From Octopus sinensis (taxonomy: Eukaryota), in assembly GCF_006345805.1 (NCBI RefSeq), contig NC_043015.1, forward strand, positions 496,001 to 560,000: DNA of 64,000 nucleotides, read 5' to 3'. Positions 40,342 to 53,740 of this stretch are shown here, piece after piece (the first letter of the stretch is position 1; each line of letters opens with the position of its first letter). The notes beneath the pieces were generated by a model. That model saw only the letters and a program-made list of their open reading frames with translations. It was not told the origin of the DNA and ran no database searches. Both the position numbers and the translations under genes were made by a program.

Positions 40342-40885
40342 AGCAGTACCAGACAGTGGCTCTCATGGCTTCTGATCTTAACTGATTGGAAGTGTTATGT
40401 ACATTGTTTTGTCTTGGTATAAAAGATAGGCTACAGCAAATATTCTGCTCAATACCACAGATTTGCTTGTCAGTTGTTTGACCTTAACCAGTTGAGCATG
40501 TCTCTAAGTGGCTGACGATATATGCATCTCTGATCACGAGCAGAAGTAGTGGGGGAGCATCATAAACATGTGTTGAGAGGGATTCTTTGGGGTTTGAATA
40601 ATTCACCTCTGGAGACAAGGGTGGTTCTTTCAACATCCTTAAACAACCCTTATTCAGGGACCTTTTGAGCGGGATGGGCTACTCAACCTGAAGAAATTTC
40701 TAACTGGGCTTCATCTGCAAGGTCATGTGCTGTTTATCTTGATATGAGATCACCATGTCGAGCACATATGGTTGTGATGCATGTGCCTGGTGTACCCTCA
40801 TCAGACGGGTAGTCATGATGGGTATATTGGGCTCCGTATATTTTACCCCAGTGTCACTTTGATGGCATGAACTGCTCTCTCACTC
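40342..40885 (+). mobile_element. 5'-truncated LINE 3' UTR inserted in (AAT)n, copy 2
   Basis: Matches 30125-30617; (AAT)n upstream and 40886-41067 downstream. Confidence 0.85.
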
Positions 40886-40994
<109 letters not shown>

Positions 40995-41007
40995 TAATAA
41001 TAATAAC

Positions 41008-41068
<61 letters not shown>

Positions 41069-41091
41069 GGGTTTCTAATTTTGCCAGAAGG

Positions 41092-41380
41092 GTGGCCATT
41101 TTGAGGGAGAGAATGTGTCGATTACATCGACCCTAGTGTTTAACTGGTACTTAATTTATCGACCTCGAAAGGATGAAAGGCAAAGTCGGCGTAATTTGAA
41201 CTTAGAGTGTGGTGACAGGCGAAATACCTATTTCTTTATTACTCAAAAGAGGCTAAACATACAGGGGACAAACAAGGATAGACATAGGTATTAAGTCGAT
41301 TACATCGACCCTAGTGCGTAACTGGTACTTAATTTATCGACCCCGAAATGATGAAAGGCAAAGTCGACCTGGGTGGCTGA
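41092..41380 (-). mobile_element. SINE family N partial dimer
   Basis: Two central domains joined by gaaatacctatttcttt at 41221, the same junction as the 62.5-63.4 kb array. Confidence 0.85.
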
Positions 41381-41400
41381 AAAAGTACAGCTAAATTTAG

Positions 41401-41606
41401 TACTCTTTTACTCTTTTACTCTTTTACTTGTTTCAGTCATTTGACTGCGGCCATGCTGGAGCACCGCCTCTAATCGAGCAACTCGACCCCAGGTTTTAGT
41501 CTTTTGTAAGACCAGTACTTATTCTATCGGTCTCTTTTGCCGAACCGCTAAGTGACGGGGACGTAAACACACCAGCATCGGTTGTCACGCAATGCTAGGG
41601 GGACAA

Positions 41607-41637
<31 letters not shown>

Positions 41638-41808
41638 CATATATACGACGGGCTTCTTTCAGTTTCCATCAACCAAATCCACTCACAAGTCTTTGGTCGG
41701 CCCGAGGCTATAGTAGAAGACATTTGCCCAAGATGCCACGCAGTGGGACTGAACCTGGAAAAATGTGGTTGGTAAGCAAGCTACTTACCACACAGCCACT
41801 CCTGCGCC
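41401..41808 (-). mobile_element. SINE family B, full length
   Basis: (tactcttt)n tail to cctgcgcc head; no clear TSD. Confidence 0.93.
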
Positions 41809-42423
41809 TATAGTCGGATATGAACTCAGAATATTCAGTACCGAAGAGGCGATTTATCATCATATTCACCTCTACCCGAAATGCACTACACCGTGACATT
41901 TTCAGAAATCATTCTTGAAAGAAAAACAGAAGAAACAAAACGACGGGACGAGCTTTTAATAATGAATGTGATGATGATGATGATGACGATGATGAAAATA
42001 AAACAATCGCACTAGATAAGCAATGATATTCTTCTGAGACTTGACAAAGGAGTTTCAGAATAAATATGACAGCGTTTGATACAGTATGTAGCCTCTGGTT
42101 CTGTCTGGGTGGTATAGATAAATATAAAGCACCAGACAAGTATAGAGTTTGCTTCGGTTTCTTGTCTTTTTTTACGTCAATCATTCGATGGAACTCTCAT
42201 CGGTAACCTATTTAACCGATATTTCTGAATCGGTAAAATAAAAGCTACTGTGCTTGTTTATATGGTTAATCATTTTTTTTTTGTTCTTTTTTTTCTTTTC
42301 TTGTTTTTTGATATATTTTATGGAGAAAAATCTTTGAAATAGTTATACTTCAAAATGTATCCTAGTCGAACCGAATCACTGATTATATGTAAATGTACCT
42401 ACCCCCAACGAAACATATATGGG

Positions 42424-42426
<3 letters not shown>

Positions 42427-42485
<59 letters not shown>

Positions 42486-42491
42486 TATATA

Positions 42492-42566
<75 letters not shown>

Positions 42567-42900
42567 GTATACACACATATATATATGTGTATGTATATAT
42601 ATATATAATATATAATATATTTATAGATATATGCATATTTTTATGTATATAATATATACATATATCTACATATATAATATATATATACATATATACATAT
42701 ATATATATACATATATACATATTATATACATATATACACATTCACACACACATATAATATAATATATATATAATATATTATATATATATATATACATAAT
42801 ATTATACATATACATATATATATATACATATACATATATATATATACATATATACATATATATGTATGTGTGTGTTTGTGTTATATATATACATACAAAC
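42427..42900. repeat. TA-rich microsatellite/low-complexity block
   Basis: Direct reading; a similar block lies at 43600-43990. Confidence 0.95.
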
Positions 42901-43246
42901 ACAGTTATACAGACAGACATATTTGATGACGTTTACGAATTTCGATCAACTCGTTGTTTCTGGGGGAACAGATATTTGTTGTTTCGTGACATTCATTTTG
43001 TCTGAGAGTGCTTAAGGAGGGGAAAAAAAAAGAAAGACAGAAACAGAAAGAAAGAAAGTAGGAAAGAAAGAAAGAAACAAGAAGGAAAAAAAGAAAGCGA
43101 GATAAAGATCTCTTAAGTCTGAGAAGTTTCTATCACCCCACACAAAAAAGTTATCCAAACTTATAGATACGTACTTATATTTTCTTTTTGACGATTAACG
43201 CAAAAATTTTCCTCACCTCTATGGTGTCGTACACTGTCAAATATAC

Positions 43247-43293
<47 letters not shown>

Positions 43294-43304
43294 ATGTTTG
43301 TGTG

Positions 43305-43335
<31 letters not shown>

Positions 43336-43642
43336 ACCCGTTGAATTTATGCTAGTTATACATAACATAACATTAGTTTTATAGTAAAATATCTGAAGTA
43401 ATTGTAAGATTTAAAAAAATACAATAATATACGCATAAATACATAAGTTATATATTCAGTCACTAGCAAATTCTCTACAAATCCGAGACATTACACACCT
43501 ATGCATTGCATTTTCTCTTCTCCATTTTAAACTTATTTTTTTGAATTTCTATGGGATACTTTCCATAAATTCCTCATAACACACACACACAAACTCACCT
43601 TATATACACACACATACATATATATATCTATATATATTATAT

Positions 43643-43684
<42 letters not shown>

Positions 43685-43731
43685 CATATATGTATATATG
43701 TATATATATATATATTAGTATATATATGTAG

Positions 43732-43863
<132 letters not shown>

Positions 43864-43921
43864 TATTTATTTATTTATACACCACACATACACATATATA
43901 TGTGTACACACGTGTAAAGAT

Positions 43922-43953
<32 letters not shown>

Positions 43954-44169
43954 TATATAATATATATATATATATATAATATATATGTGTGTGTGTTTAC
44001 TAATACACACATATATTTGTAGCAAATGGAAGACAGAAGATGGAACATACGAGAATTTATCGTTAATCATGACAATTGTTTCGACGTATCTAGGGTCGAA
44101 TCCTCTTGCGTGGGACACTCACAAGTGGTTCAACAGATTCCGGTGCTGCAGAAATACCTCATCAGGTGA

Positions 44170-45290
44170 TAAATAAATGCAAGTCGTTAAAATGACCGTT
44201 CTGTACGCATATTACTCAAGATGGCAATACTGTACAGGCGAGTAACTGGATGGATTCTAAGGACGTTCAGAACCAGGAAAAGGCAGGCCCTGCTACTCCT
44301 ATATAAGACTTTTGTTCAGGCGCTGGAGCGGCTGTGTGGTAAGTAGCTTGCTAACCAACCACATGGTTCCGGGTTCAGTCTCACTGCGTGGCATCTTGGG
44401 CAAGTGTCTTCTGCTATAGCCCCGGGCCGACCAAAGCCTTGTGAGTGGATTTGGTAGACGGAAACTGAAAGAAGCCTGTCGTATATATGTATATATATAT
44501 ATGTATGTAAGTGTGTGCGTGTTTGTGTGTCTGTGTTTGGCCTCCTAGCATTCTTTGACAACCGATGCTGGTGTGTTTACGTCCCCGTCACCTAGCGGTT
44601 CGGCAAAAGACACCGATAGAATAAGTACTGGGCTTACAAAGAATAAGTCCCGGGGTCGATTTGCTCGACTAAAGGCGGTGCTCCAGCATGGCCGCAGTCG
44701 AATGACTGAAACAAGTAAAAGAGTAAAAGAGTAAATGAGTAACCGCTTGGTCTACTGCTCCCAACTATGGTCCCCAGGGAGTGTGATACAAACTGAGGAA
44801 CTCGAAGCAATTCAGCTCCACTACACACAAAGAAGATTGACTCGATGCAAAAGATGGGCTACTGGGAGAGGCTAAAGGAGCTGAGTCTCTATTCCCTGAA
44901 GAGAAGACGAGAGCTATATGCAGTGATATACATTTGGAAGATCTTGGAAGATTTAGCTCCTAGTTTTGGAATTGAAAGATATACCAATCCTCGAACAGGA
45001 CGGCACTGCATCATACCAAAGATGATGTCTTCCCCATCTAGAATAAGTGCACAGCAATAGTCTGGGTTTCAAGTGCATGTAATTGTTCAACATCCTTCCA
45101 GGCAGCCTTAGAGATCTACATGGTGTTGATGTACATGTTGTTGAAGTTTTCAAGGAACGTCTGAACAGGTTTCTATCTAAGATACCAGATGAACTCACAT
45201 AGCAGCAGGAGTGGCAAAGAAGAGCAACTCCGTCCAACTCGCTACTTCACCAACATGAACTCAACATTGGGCTGAAACTACCCAGTAAAA
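44170..45290 (+). mobile_element. CR1-like LINE 3' portion interrupted by a SINE
   Basis: Before the SINE: RRVTGWILRTFRTRKRQALLLLYKTFVQ; after it: NRLVYCSQLWSP..YWERLKELSLYSLKRRRELY..IYIWKIL. Together these give the CR1-clade ORF2 C-terminal motifs. Confidence 0.88.
44318..44740 (+). mobile_element. SINE family B, full length, nested in the CR1 relic
   Basis: Head aggcgctggagcggctgtgtggtaag to tail aaagagtaaatgagt. Confidence 0.93.
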
Positions 45291-46602
45291 TATGAAAGAT
45301 AAAAGAACTACCGTTCGAAATTTTGACCCTGTTTACTCCATTTTTAGGTGTCAAACCAATACAAAATTTGCTATAAGTTGTCATCTTTCGCGTGCTCTTT
45401 TGTTTTTGCCATTGTCCACTTCATTCGCATTTAATACACACTTTTAACTACTTAGGGGCTTGAAAGCAATGCATGTTTCTGCATGTTTCTTTTAAGGGGA
45501 TTCGATATTTCAGCGATAACCTCCATGTGTATTTCTTTGTCTACTAGGTAGATATTTTTTAAAACTACATTATCCAGTCTCGTCCTATATTTTTTCTGAA
45601 CCATCAAAAAGAGAAGTGGGAGATTTCTGTGTCATTTCTAGCATACAGATATACTACGTAGATGATCACACATTGAGACAAATGAAACTAATGCGTAAAC
45701 AGGAATTTAACACCGTGCTGAATACCAGAATTGAAGTCGGAAGGAAGTCAGGTAGACAATCATATAAGAATGTCTTCCTCCCGTCAAAATCTGATAAAAA
45801 TATAAATAATTATAAAAAAAGTAATGTGTAAAATACTACAAAAAACAATGCGAAAAAATGAACCATTTCCTTTTATGTAACTTTGGAAACAACCAATGAT
45901 ACAATTCTGTAACCTAAAAACAAAAAAACAAGAAAATGAAGGAAAAAAAAAAGAAAACCGGGAGGAGAAGCAGTTGGCGCTGTTTAGTTATTTAAAAGAG
46001 TACCTCGATCATTCCTGACATTCTTACAACGAACCTTACATACCAGGTCACACACATAAATTTACATAGTGATACGACGTCGACTTCACATAAATGTCAA
46101 TCCGGCTAGAAGTATACGCCAGCAGATATACGTGTAAGTTTGTTGATTTTAGTCCATCTGTAACTCTATCAAATTTCTCTCTTTCACTCCTTCCACCCCA
46201 AATTCATTCTCTTTCTCTCTCAGCCTCCCCACTTCTATTTTCCTCAATCTGTTGCTTTCCCCCTTATGACATCACCTTTCTTCCTTGCCTTATTTTCTTA
46301 CTTTCTACTTCCGACCTCTCTTTCTATCTGTATTTGTCTTAATTTTTTATTTCGTATTTATTTTCTCTTCTTTCATCTCACAATGTTTTTTATATAATGC
46401 AAATACCTACCTTGATACACGCACTCTCCAGTTGTTCTTTTGCCACAGTTACAAAACGCACTACGCATACGTTATATTATTATTTTTCCCTGGTTTATTT
46501 CATCACAAATTACTCTACTTCTATTTCTCTTTCCACCGCACCGTACCTTCGCCCCTATATATACATACATAAACTCTCTAAAAAAAAGCAAGCAAATGAT
46601 AT

Positions 46603-46634
<32 letters not shown>

Positions 46635-46728
46635 CACTCTCTAAAGAATTACATTTTAGATATGTTATATATACATTACACACACACTTACATCCACAAT
46701 ATTATACATACTACATACATACACACAC

Positions 46729-46782
<54 letters not shown>

Positions 46783-46790
<8 letters not shown>

Positions 46791-47044
46791 TTAGGGAATA
46801 AATCCAAATTTACAGGGAAAAAATCAGATTTAGGATTAAATCCAATTTTATAGTAAAATATTATATAATATTAATTAGAGACAAAACCACTATTTTGCAA
46901 AACAAACAAGGAAAGACTTAATCAATACATAAAATTTTAATAAAAGTAAAAATTTTTTACTTTTTATTAAAATTTTATGTATTGATTAAGTCTTTCCTTG
47001 TTTGTTTTGCAAAATAGTGGTTTTGTCTCTAATTAATATTATAT
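46783..47044. mobile_element. Fold-back element in (TA)n, copy 2
   Basis: About 90-bp arms 46863-46952 and 46953-47044, identical except one A indel, no spacer; extension 46783-46862. Confidence 0.88.
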
Positions 47045-47054
47045 ATATATATAT

Positions 47055-47460
47055 AAGCCTAAGAATGGCTGTGTGGTAAGTAGCTCGCTTAAAAACCGCA
47101 TGGTTCCGGGTTCAGTCACACTGCGTGGTACCTTGGGCAAGTGTCTTCTACTATAGCCTCGGGACGACCAAAGCCTTGTGAGTAGATTTGGTTGACGGAA
47201 ACTGAAAGAAGCCCGTCGTATATGTGTATGTATATGTATGTGTATGCGTGTATATGCTTGTGTGTCTGTGTCTGTCTCCCTAACATCGCTTGACAACCGA
47301 TGCTGGTGTGTTTACGTCCCCGTAACGTAATGGTTCGGCAAAAGAGATCGATTGAATGTGTACTAGGCTTACAAAGAATAAGTACTCGGGTCAATTTGTG
47401 CTCGACTAAATGATGTGGTCCAGAATGGCCACAGTCAAATTACTGAAACAAGTAAAAGAG
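47055..47460 (+). mobile_element. SINE family B
   Basis: Full head-microsatellite-tail structure. Confidence 0.9.
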
Positions 47461-47468
47461 TAGTTTAT

Positions 47469-47501
<33 letters not shown>

Positions 47502-47502
47502 T

Positions 47503-47565
<63 letters not shown>

Positions 47566-47566
<1 letters not shown>

Positions 47567-48090
47567 ACAGGGTGTGGACGGTATTTGAGGACATATACAT
47601 TTTTAGTCATTATTTTTTTTGACTAATTTTTATTGAACTTATATTTCAGAAAATAACAATGACAGGCCCTGTGCTTACTAATGAAAGGAAAAGGCATGCT
47701 GTGATTGTGGATTTGAAAGCTAAGCATGGTGATTTAGGAATTTCTGGTTTTCTGAATGTTGCAAGAGCATTTGTTTACAAGATTCGGTGTGAGTTAGAGC
47801 AAGTAGATGGAAGCGTATTACCTGTATCAAAACGTAAAGAAGAATTTCAAACGCTGTGATTCCGTCAGGACATCTGAATTTATTTACGAAGATAAGCAAA
47901 ACATTGAAGACAATCCAGGAAAGCCAATGAGATCAATTGCAAAAATAATTTTGTCTGTAAGAAAAATTGTTTTGCATGAAGACATCAGATACAAATCTTA
48001 CGTGATGTAGTGAGGTCAATGCACGTCAGAAAAAAGAAAGGAGATCCAAAGACTTTTGAACAAACTTAAAAATCCTGAAGTAGCTACAGA
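47566..48090 (+). mobile_element. DD37D/maT-like transposon 5' part (decayed)
   Basis: TA-CAGGGTG end; MTGPVLTNERKRHAVIV..., RCDSVRTSEFI..IEDNPGKPMRSIAK..HEDIRYKSYVM..QRLLNKLKNPE, typical of maT/DD37D transposase N-termini. Confidence 0.8.
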
Positions 48091-48162
48091 TTATATCGTA
48101 TGTAGAGTTGCGTTAATTTCATACCAAGGATCCTTTTTCCATTATACTTTCTCAAATTGGGT

Positions 48163-48548
48163 GGAGGCGCAATGGCCCAGTGGTTAGGGCAGCGGACTCG
48201 CGGTCATAGGATCGCAGTTTAGATTCCCAGACCGGGCGTTGTGAGTGTTTATTGAGCGAAAACACCTAAAGCTCCACGACGCTCCGGCAGGGGATGGTGG
48301 TGATCCCTGCTGTACTCTTTCCCCACAACTTTCTCTCACTCTTACTTCCTGTTTCTGTTGTACCTGTATTTCAAAGGGCCGGCCTTGTCACTCTCTGTGT
48401 CACGCTGAATATCCCCGAGAACTACGTTAAGGGTACACGTGTCTGTGGAGTGCTCAGCCACTTACACGTTAATTTCACGAGCAGGCTGTTCCGTTGATTC
48501 GGATCAACCGGAACCCTCGTCGTCGTAACCGACGGAGTGCTTCCACCA
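48163..48548 (+). mobile_element. tRNA-derived SINE family A
   Basis: Full length; degenerate TSD tctcaaattgg / tctgaaattgg. Confidence 0.95.
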
Positions 48549-48787
48549 CTCTGAAATTGGCTTAGGTATTTTAAATTTACGTTGCGTGTCCGGTCATCTT
48601 TCCCATGTCTTAGGACGGATACTGGTGCGTACGAATTATTTTGTCAAATATAAATCTAGAGAAGTCAGGAAACAAATTAAACTTAATTTGTCTTACCCAT
48701 TTTGCCCCAGACTTATACGCTGAAAGAGAAAAAATCTGATTTTATTTTCTGAAATAGTGTTCAAATTATGTTAGCGTTTTGAAAGCA

Positions 48788-48960
48788 TAGATCGCTAGCC
48801 GCTACACATTCTTTATTTTCTCTCCCTGTTTCTTTCTGTGGAAGAACGTATGCTCGAAACGTTAAAGACTTTTTCACTTCCCGAGCGTTATACTAATACA
48901 TCTGTTTGTTGTCTACACCAGCTGTCTTCGTCTTTTGTTTTATTTTTGTGAATTCTTCCC
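48788..48960 (+). mobile_element. Dispersed ~185-bp element, copy 3 (hammerhead-like motif)
   Basis: cttt-ctgtggaa-gaac-gtat-gctc-gaaa-cgtt-aaag. Confidence 0.7.
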
Positions 48961-49033
<73 letters not shown>

Positions 49034-49043
49034 ACATATGTAT

Positions 49044-49100
<57 letters not shown>

Positions 49101-49721
49101 GGTATACATATATACATACATAGAGAGAGAGAGAGAGAGAGAGGAGAAAGATAGATGAGCATATACATAGACATACAGAAACTCATATGTGTGTGTGTGT
49201 GTTTGTAAGCGTGTGTTTTGTGTGTATAGCATGCAGATTGTTCAACATCATTCTTTTTAAACTTGTGAGGTTGGCGCGGGTCACCAGTTTACTCGCCGAC
49301 AGTTTGACAGGTCTCTCAGCGTACAAGCTATCAGTTGCGTTCTCAAGCGATCTAACATTAAACACACACACAGAAATACAGACAAGACACACACGCTCAC
49401 ACACACACACATATTTATTTATACACACACGCACATATATACATATATATATATATATCCACAGATAGGTGCATATATATGTATACGTGAGCATACGTAG
49501 ATATATAAGTGTGGTTGGACTGCTTTTGTGTAACTTTGTATATACGTTGCTGTATATTTAACGCTTTAAAACGAAATCTCGAATACTTTTCTTAGACAGA
49601 TAACTGTTCATATGCTATACATTATAGATGTTCGATATTATCAATGTGAATAAATCCTTCATGACTGATTGATTTAAAGAATTGCGTATATGTATGTATG
49701 TATGTATGTATGTGTGTCTGT

Positions 49722-49982
49722 GGAGGCGCGTGGCTTAGTGGCTAGGGTATCAGCATCATGATCGTAAGATTGTGGTTTCGATTCCTGGACCGAGCGACGC
49801 GTTGTGTTCTTGAGTAAAACACTTCATTTCACGTTGTTCCAGTCCACTCAGCTGGCAAAAATGAGTAACGCTGCGATGGACTGGCGTCCCGTCCAGCTGG
49901 GGAACACATACGCCATTGAAACCGGGAAACCGGGCCCATGAGCCTAGCTAGGCTTTAAAAGGGCACCTATATTCTTTTCTTT
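49722..49982 (+). mobile_element. tRNA-derived SINE, head/body type 2 with V-domain-like tail
   Basis: ggaggcgcgtggcttagtgg head; gcgatggactggcgtcccgtccag motif; probable TSD tatgtatgtgtgtc (49705-49718 / 49983-49996). Confidence 0.9.
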
Positions 49983-50399
49983 TATGTATGTGTGTCACCA
50001 CTGATTGCATTGTCCTTCAATCGATGTGTTCTGAACAATTTTGTTCCTATACGATATTAATAAACTTCTCTTCCCTTGAAATATTATCTTCATAAATTGG
50101 CTTGCCGGAAGGAGGGAAATGGAAAATAGAGAGCAGGATCAGCTCACGAAGAAGTAATGTACTCCTTAATTAAAACATCATCATTATATCGGTGCACATG
50201 GAGAAAAGGGATGTCTTCGTTTGGGAGGTTGTGTAGTTGATTGCGGGTTGCTGTATGACGATGCCTGCAGCTGTGAGTATTACGAAAACTTGTACATCGG
50301 CTTGCCTGTAGTTGGTAGCTTTAAGCACATTATTATATCTTATATTTGACGTCGTTATTCGTGATGATGTTGATGATCTTATTTTTATTGTTTTGTTTC

Positions 50400-50842
50400 A
50401 GGTGCAGGAGTGGCGGTGTGTGGTAAGTAGCTTGCTTACCAGCCACATGGTTTCGAACTCAGTTCCACTGCGTGGCACTTTGGGCTAGTGTCTTCTACTA
50501 TAGCCTCGGGCTGACCAAAGCCTTGTGAGTGGATTTGGTAGACGGAAGAGGAAAAGCCCGTCGTATATATGTATATGTACACATACACACACACACACAC
50601 ACATATGTGTATCTGTGTGTCTGTGTGTGTGTTTGTGTGTCTGTGTGTGTCCCCCCAACATCGCTTGACAACAGATACTGGTGTGTTTACGTTCCCGTAA
50701 CTTAGCGGTTCGGCAAAACAGACCGATAGAATAAGTACTAGGCTTACATAGAATGAGTCTTGGTGTCGATTTGCTCGACTAAAGGCGTTGCTACAGCATA
50801 ACCGCAGTCAAATAACTGAAACAAGTAAGACAGTAAAAGAGA
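50400..50842 (+). mobile_element. SINE family B
   Basis: aggtgcaggagtggcggtgtgtggtaag to gaaacaagtaagacagtaaaagag. Confidence 0.9.
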
Positions 50843-52133
50843 TATATAGTAATGAATTAATACTCTGGCCCAATGTATTCTATCTATTACTAAACCAATT
50901 GTTTCCCTTTTCTTTTTCAGATTTCGTATATTTGAGAACCATCGTCCAGTGTATCCTTCAAGGTTTCAAATTTGTGGAGTGCGATATAAGAAGAAATCGC
51001 TGTATATTTCTAGCATATATAAATGCTATCACTTGTGGTCCTTGTACTTAATTTATCATCTTTGGACAGATGCAAATTGGAAGACTACCCGTTTCAACTT
51101 AAGTCATAAATAGTTATAATCTTTGTATTCTGCATTAATTTTATATCATTTTATATCGACGCCCAACACTCAGTTCTGAATATTTGAGATGGCTGTGAAT
51201 ACGGGACAAAGTTATACTTGGACAGTCTGTGGACCTGGTCCAATTGTTTGCAGTAGAATGAGATTTAAATACACCCAAAGGTCTGCGGTGTGAAAACGGG
51301 TCATGTCTTTAGTCGTGTTTTGTTACAGCAACGGAAATGTTCTGTCACAGAAGTGGATTTTCTGAGTCTTTTCTCATTTCGTTTCAACTACATTAAACAT
51401 TACTACTTACTTCAACTAAAACATAAATTAGATATCTATCTGTATTTCCTCACTTCTTATCTCTCTTTTTTTTTTTACTAGACACAAGGGGTTAGATCAT
51501 TGAAGAAATCGATAATATTTTCGAGGGTCATTTAAGTAACTGAGAAAATTACTAGCACTAAGCCGGAAATTATGCAATACCACACAATTCTCGTGTACCA
51601 TATATTTAATGGTTTGCAGACACTGATTCGCCAAATAGATAGACTCCATTATTAATTTTCGTTTCCTGTTGACAGTAAATAACTTGTTAGTATGAAGATT
51701 TAATCAAAACTTGATCTTTAATGTTATTAAGGAGCATGCTGCGATAACCGAACCAAGATATAATTAACGAAAGAAGCAGAAGAAAATACATTAGATAAAT
51801 TGTTTGGCAAACGTAGAGTATTTGATTAGTTTTCAGTTAATTTTAATAATGGCGGCTGATAGATAAGCAGAAGGAGAATGAGATTTGAACTGTGTATGTA
51901 TGTAGCAGGACGTCTTTTCTCTTATATTTGTGTAACGAGACAGAGAGTTAAAGAACAACCCGCTTTCAATGACAGCTTCATGGCTGCATTAAAACATTGT
52001 ACGAAGATAGACACCAGATTCATTACCGCTGTTGTTCTTTAAAGAACAGGAATGATTCTTCTTGTTATTGGCACTGAGTTAGTTTTATCATCAAAGGGCT
52101 TCCAGTCATGACCGTCACAGACATTATTACTTT

Positions 52134-52560
52134 TAAGGCGCCGAGCTAGTAGAATCGTTAGAACGACATAATAAATGCGTAGCAGTATTTATTTCGTTTT
52201 TAAGTGTTGCGTTCAAATTCCATCGAGATCGATTTTGTATTTCATGTTTTCCTTGATCAATAAAATACACAACAGTCAAATACTAGGCTCGATATCTTCG
52301 AATAGCCCCTTTCTCCCAAAGTTTCAAGTCGTGTGTCTATTGTTAAAAGAGTTCGAATAGATGGCATAATAATTAGCACGCCGACAAACTACTTCATGTG
52401 TTTTCTTCTGGCAACATGTTTCGAGTTCAAGTTCCACGGAAGTCGACATTGCCTTTCATTCCTTTTGGGGTCGATAAATCTATAATATAGCTGGGCACTG
52501 TGGTCAATATAAACGACTAAACACCTACCGTAATCAAATTTCAGGCCTTGTACCTAAAGT
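52134..52560 (+). mobile_element. Two degenerate SINE family N copies
   Basis: aaggcgccgagctagtagaatcg head; second copy with gtcgacattgcctttcattccttttggggtcgataaa. Confidence 0.7.
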
Positions 52561-52561
52561 A

Positions 52562-52907
52562 AAGTGGTTCTCTACCGGGGTCCATTTGATTCCTTGGGGC
52601 GGGTTCCAGATAAAATTGCAGGAAGGAAGGGCGCAAGTACAATAGGAAATTGGATACACAAAGTAATATATTAAGGGTCTCTGAAAAATTTTCGATTTAG
52701 ATCTATTTATTGAGAGAAACAGCTCGATTTATTTCTCTAACATGTTACAGAGTTCAACCTACACAAGTTTGTAAACCAAAGTAGGAATTTAGAAGGAAGT
52801 AATTATAAAACAAGATTTTAAACACAGGGAGGCTATGTGGGTCTATCAGAGCAAAATAGTAATAAAAGAGGTCTATAGGCAAAAAAAAAAAAGGTTGACA
52901 ACCACTA
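52562..52907. mobile_element. hAT (Charlie-like) MITE
   Basis: Ends agtggttctctacc / ggttgacaaccacta resemble the CAGTGGTTCTCAACC TIR; TSD eroded. Confidence 0.55.
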
Positions 52908-53701
52908 ATGCAGTAGAATGGCTAAAGGCGGCCGGCTGATCATTCTTCAATAACAACAGATTGGAAATCTCCTCAGCTACAAGTGATCAAAAGAGAGAAG
53001 TTAAATGTTTTCTAAAAAGAAGGCAACAGAGCGCAGCTTTCTTGGCATGTAAGGTTCACCGACCTCTCGTTACAAAATCTCGGTCAGTGGTGACTCGCTG
53101 TGACGTGTCTAGGTTAATTAATTCATATGGATGGAACGACTAACAATAACTTCAAATATTACCATCATAATTCGTTTGGATTCGCCTAGAAAAGAAGCTG
53201 ATCTCTGGTTCATATATAGTATTGTATAGTTTTTGCTATGAGATATTACTTAACCAAATTGTTAGAGCGTCGACTTGGAATCCGAGTGTAACTTGTTTTC
53301 TATCTCTTCGCACGGGATCAAATTCCAACGAGACCAAATTTTTCTGTCTTTTGATGAATCAAGCACTACACCAAAACTGAGGCTTATCTACTGACCCTTC
53401 TCTCGGTACCCTTGACTCTACGCTGTGACTCTAGTCTGGGGCGACCGAACAACTGAACTTTCTTTTTCTAATTTTTAGGTTCAGAGTAGGGCTGGCAAAT
53501 TCGGAGACATATTTCTGATCGAATTGCCCTTGGTTCCAGTTCCCGATTAGTAATTCATATATTGATTTCCTTAAAAGGGAAAAAAATATTCACCAACATT
53601 TGTATACTATCTGAAAAAGACGCGACTATTATAGCGTAGTATATTAGCTCAACGAACTGGGGAAATTATAATTGCTTACCAATACCAAGCACACACACAC
53701 A

Positions 53702-53740
<39 letters not shown>

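Noticed and set aside
50170-50345. Cys-rich frame on plus or PLAC8-like frame on minus
   Set aside because: No start codon or adequate splice-site pair, and the key conserved Trp/Cys residues of PLAC8 are missing.
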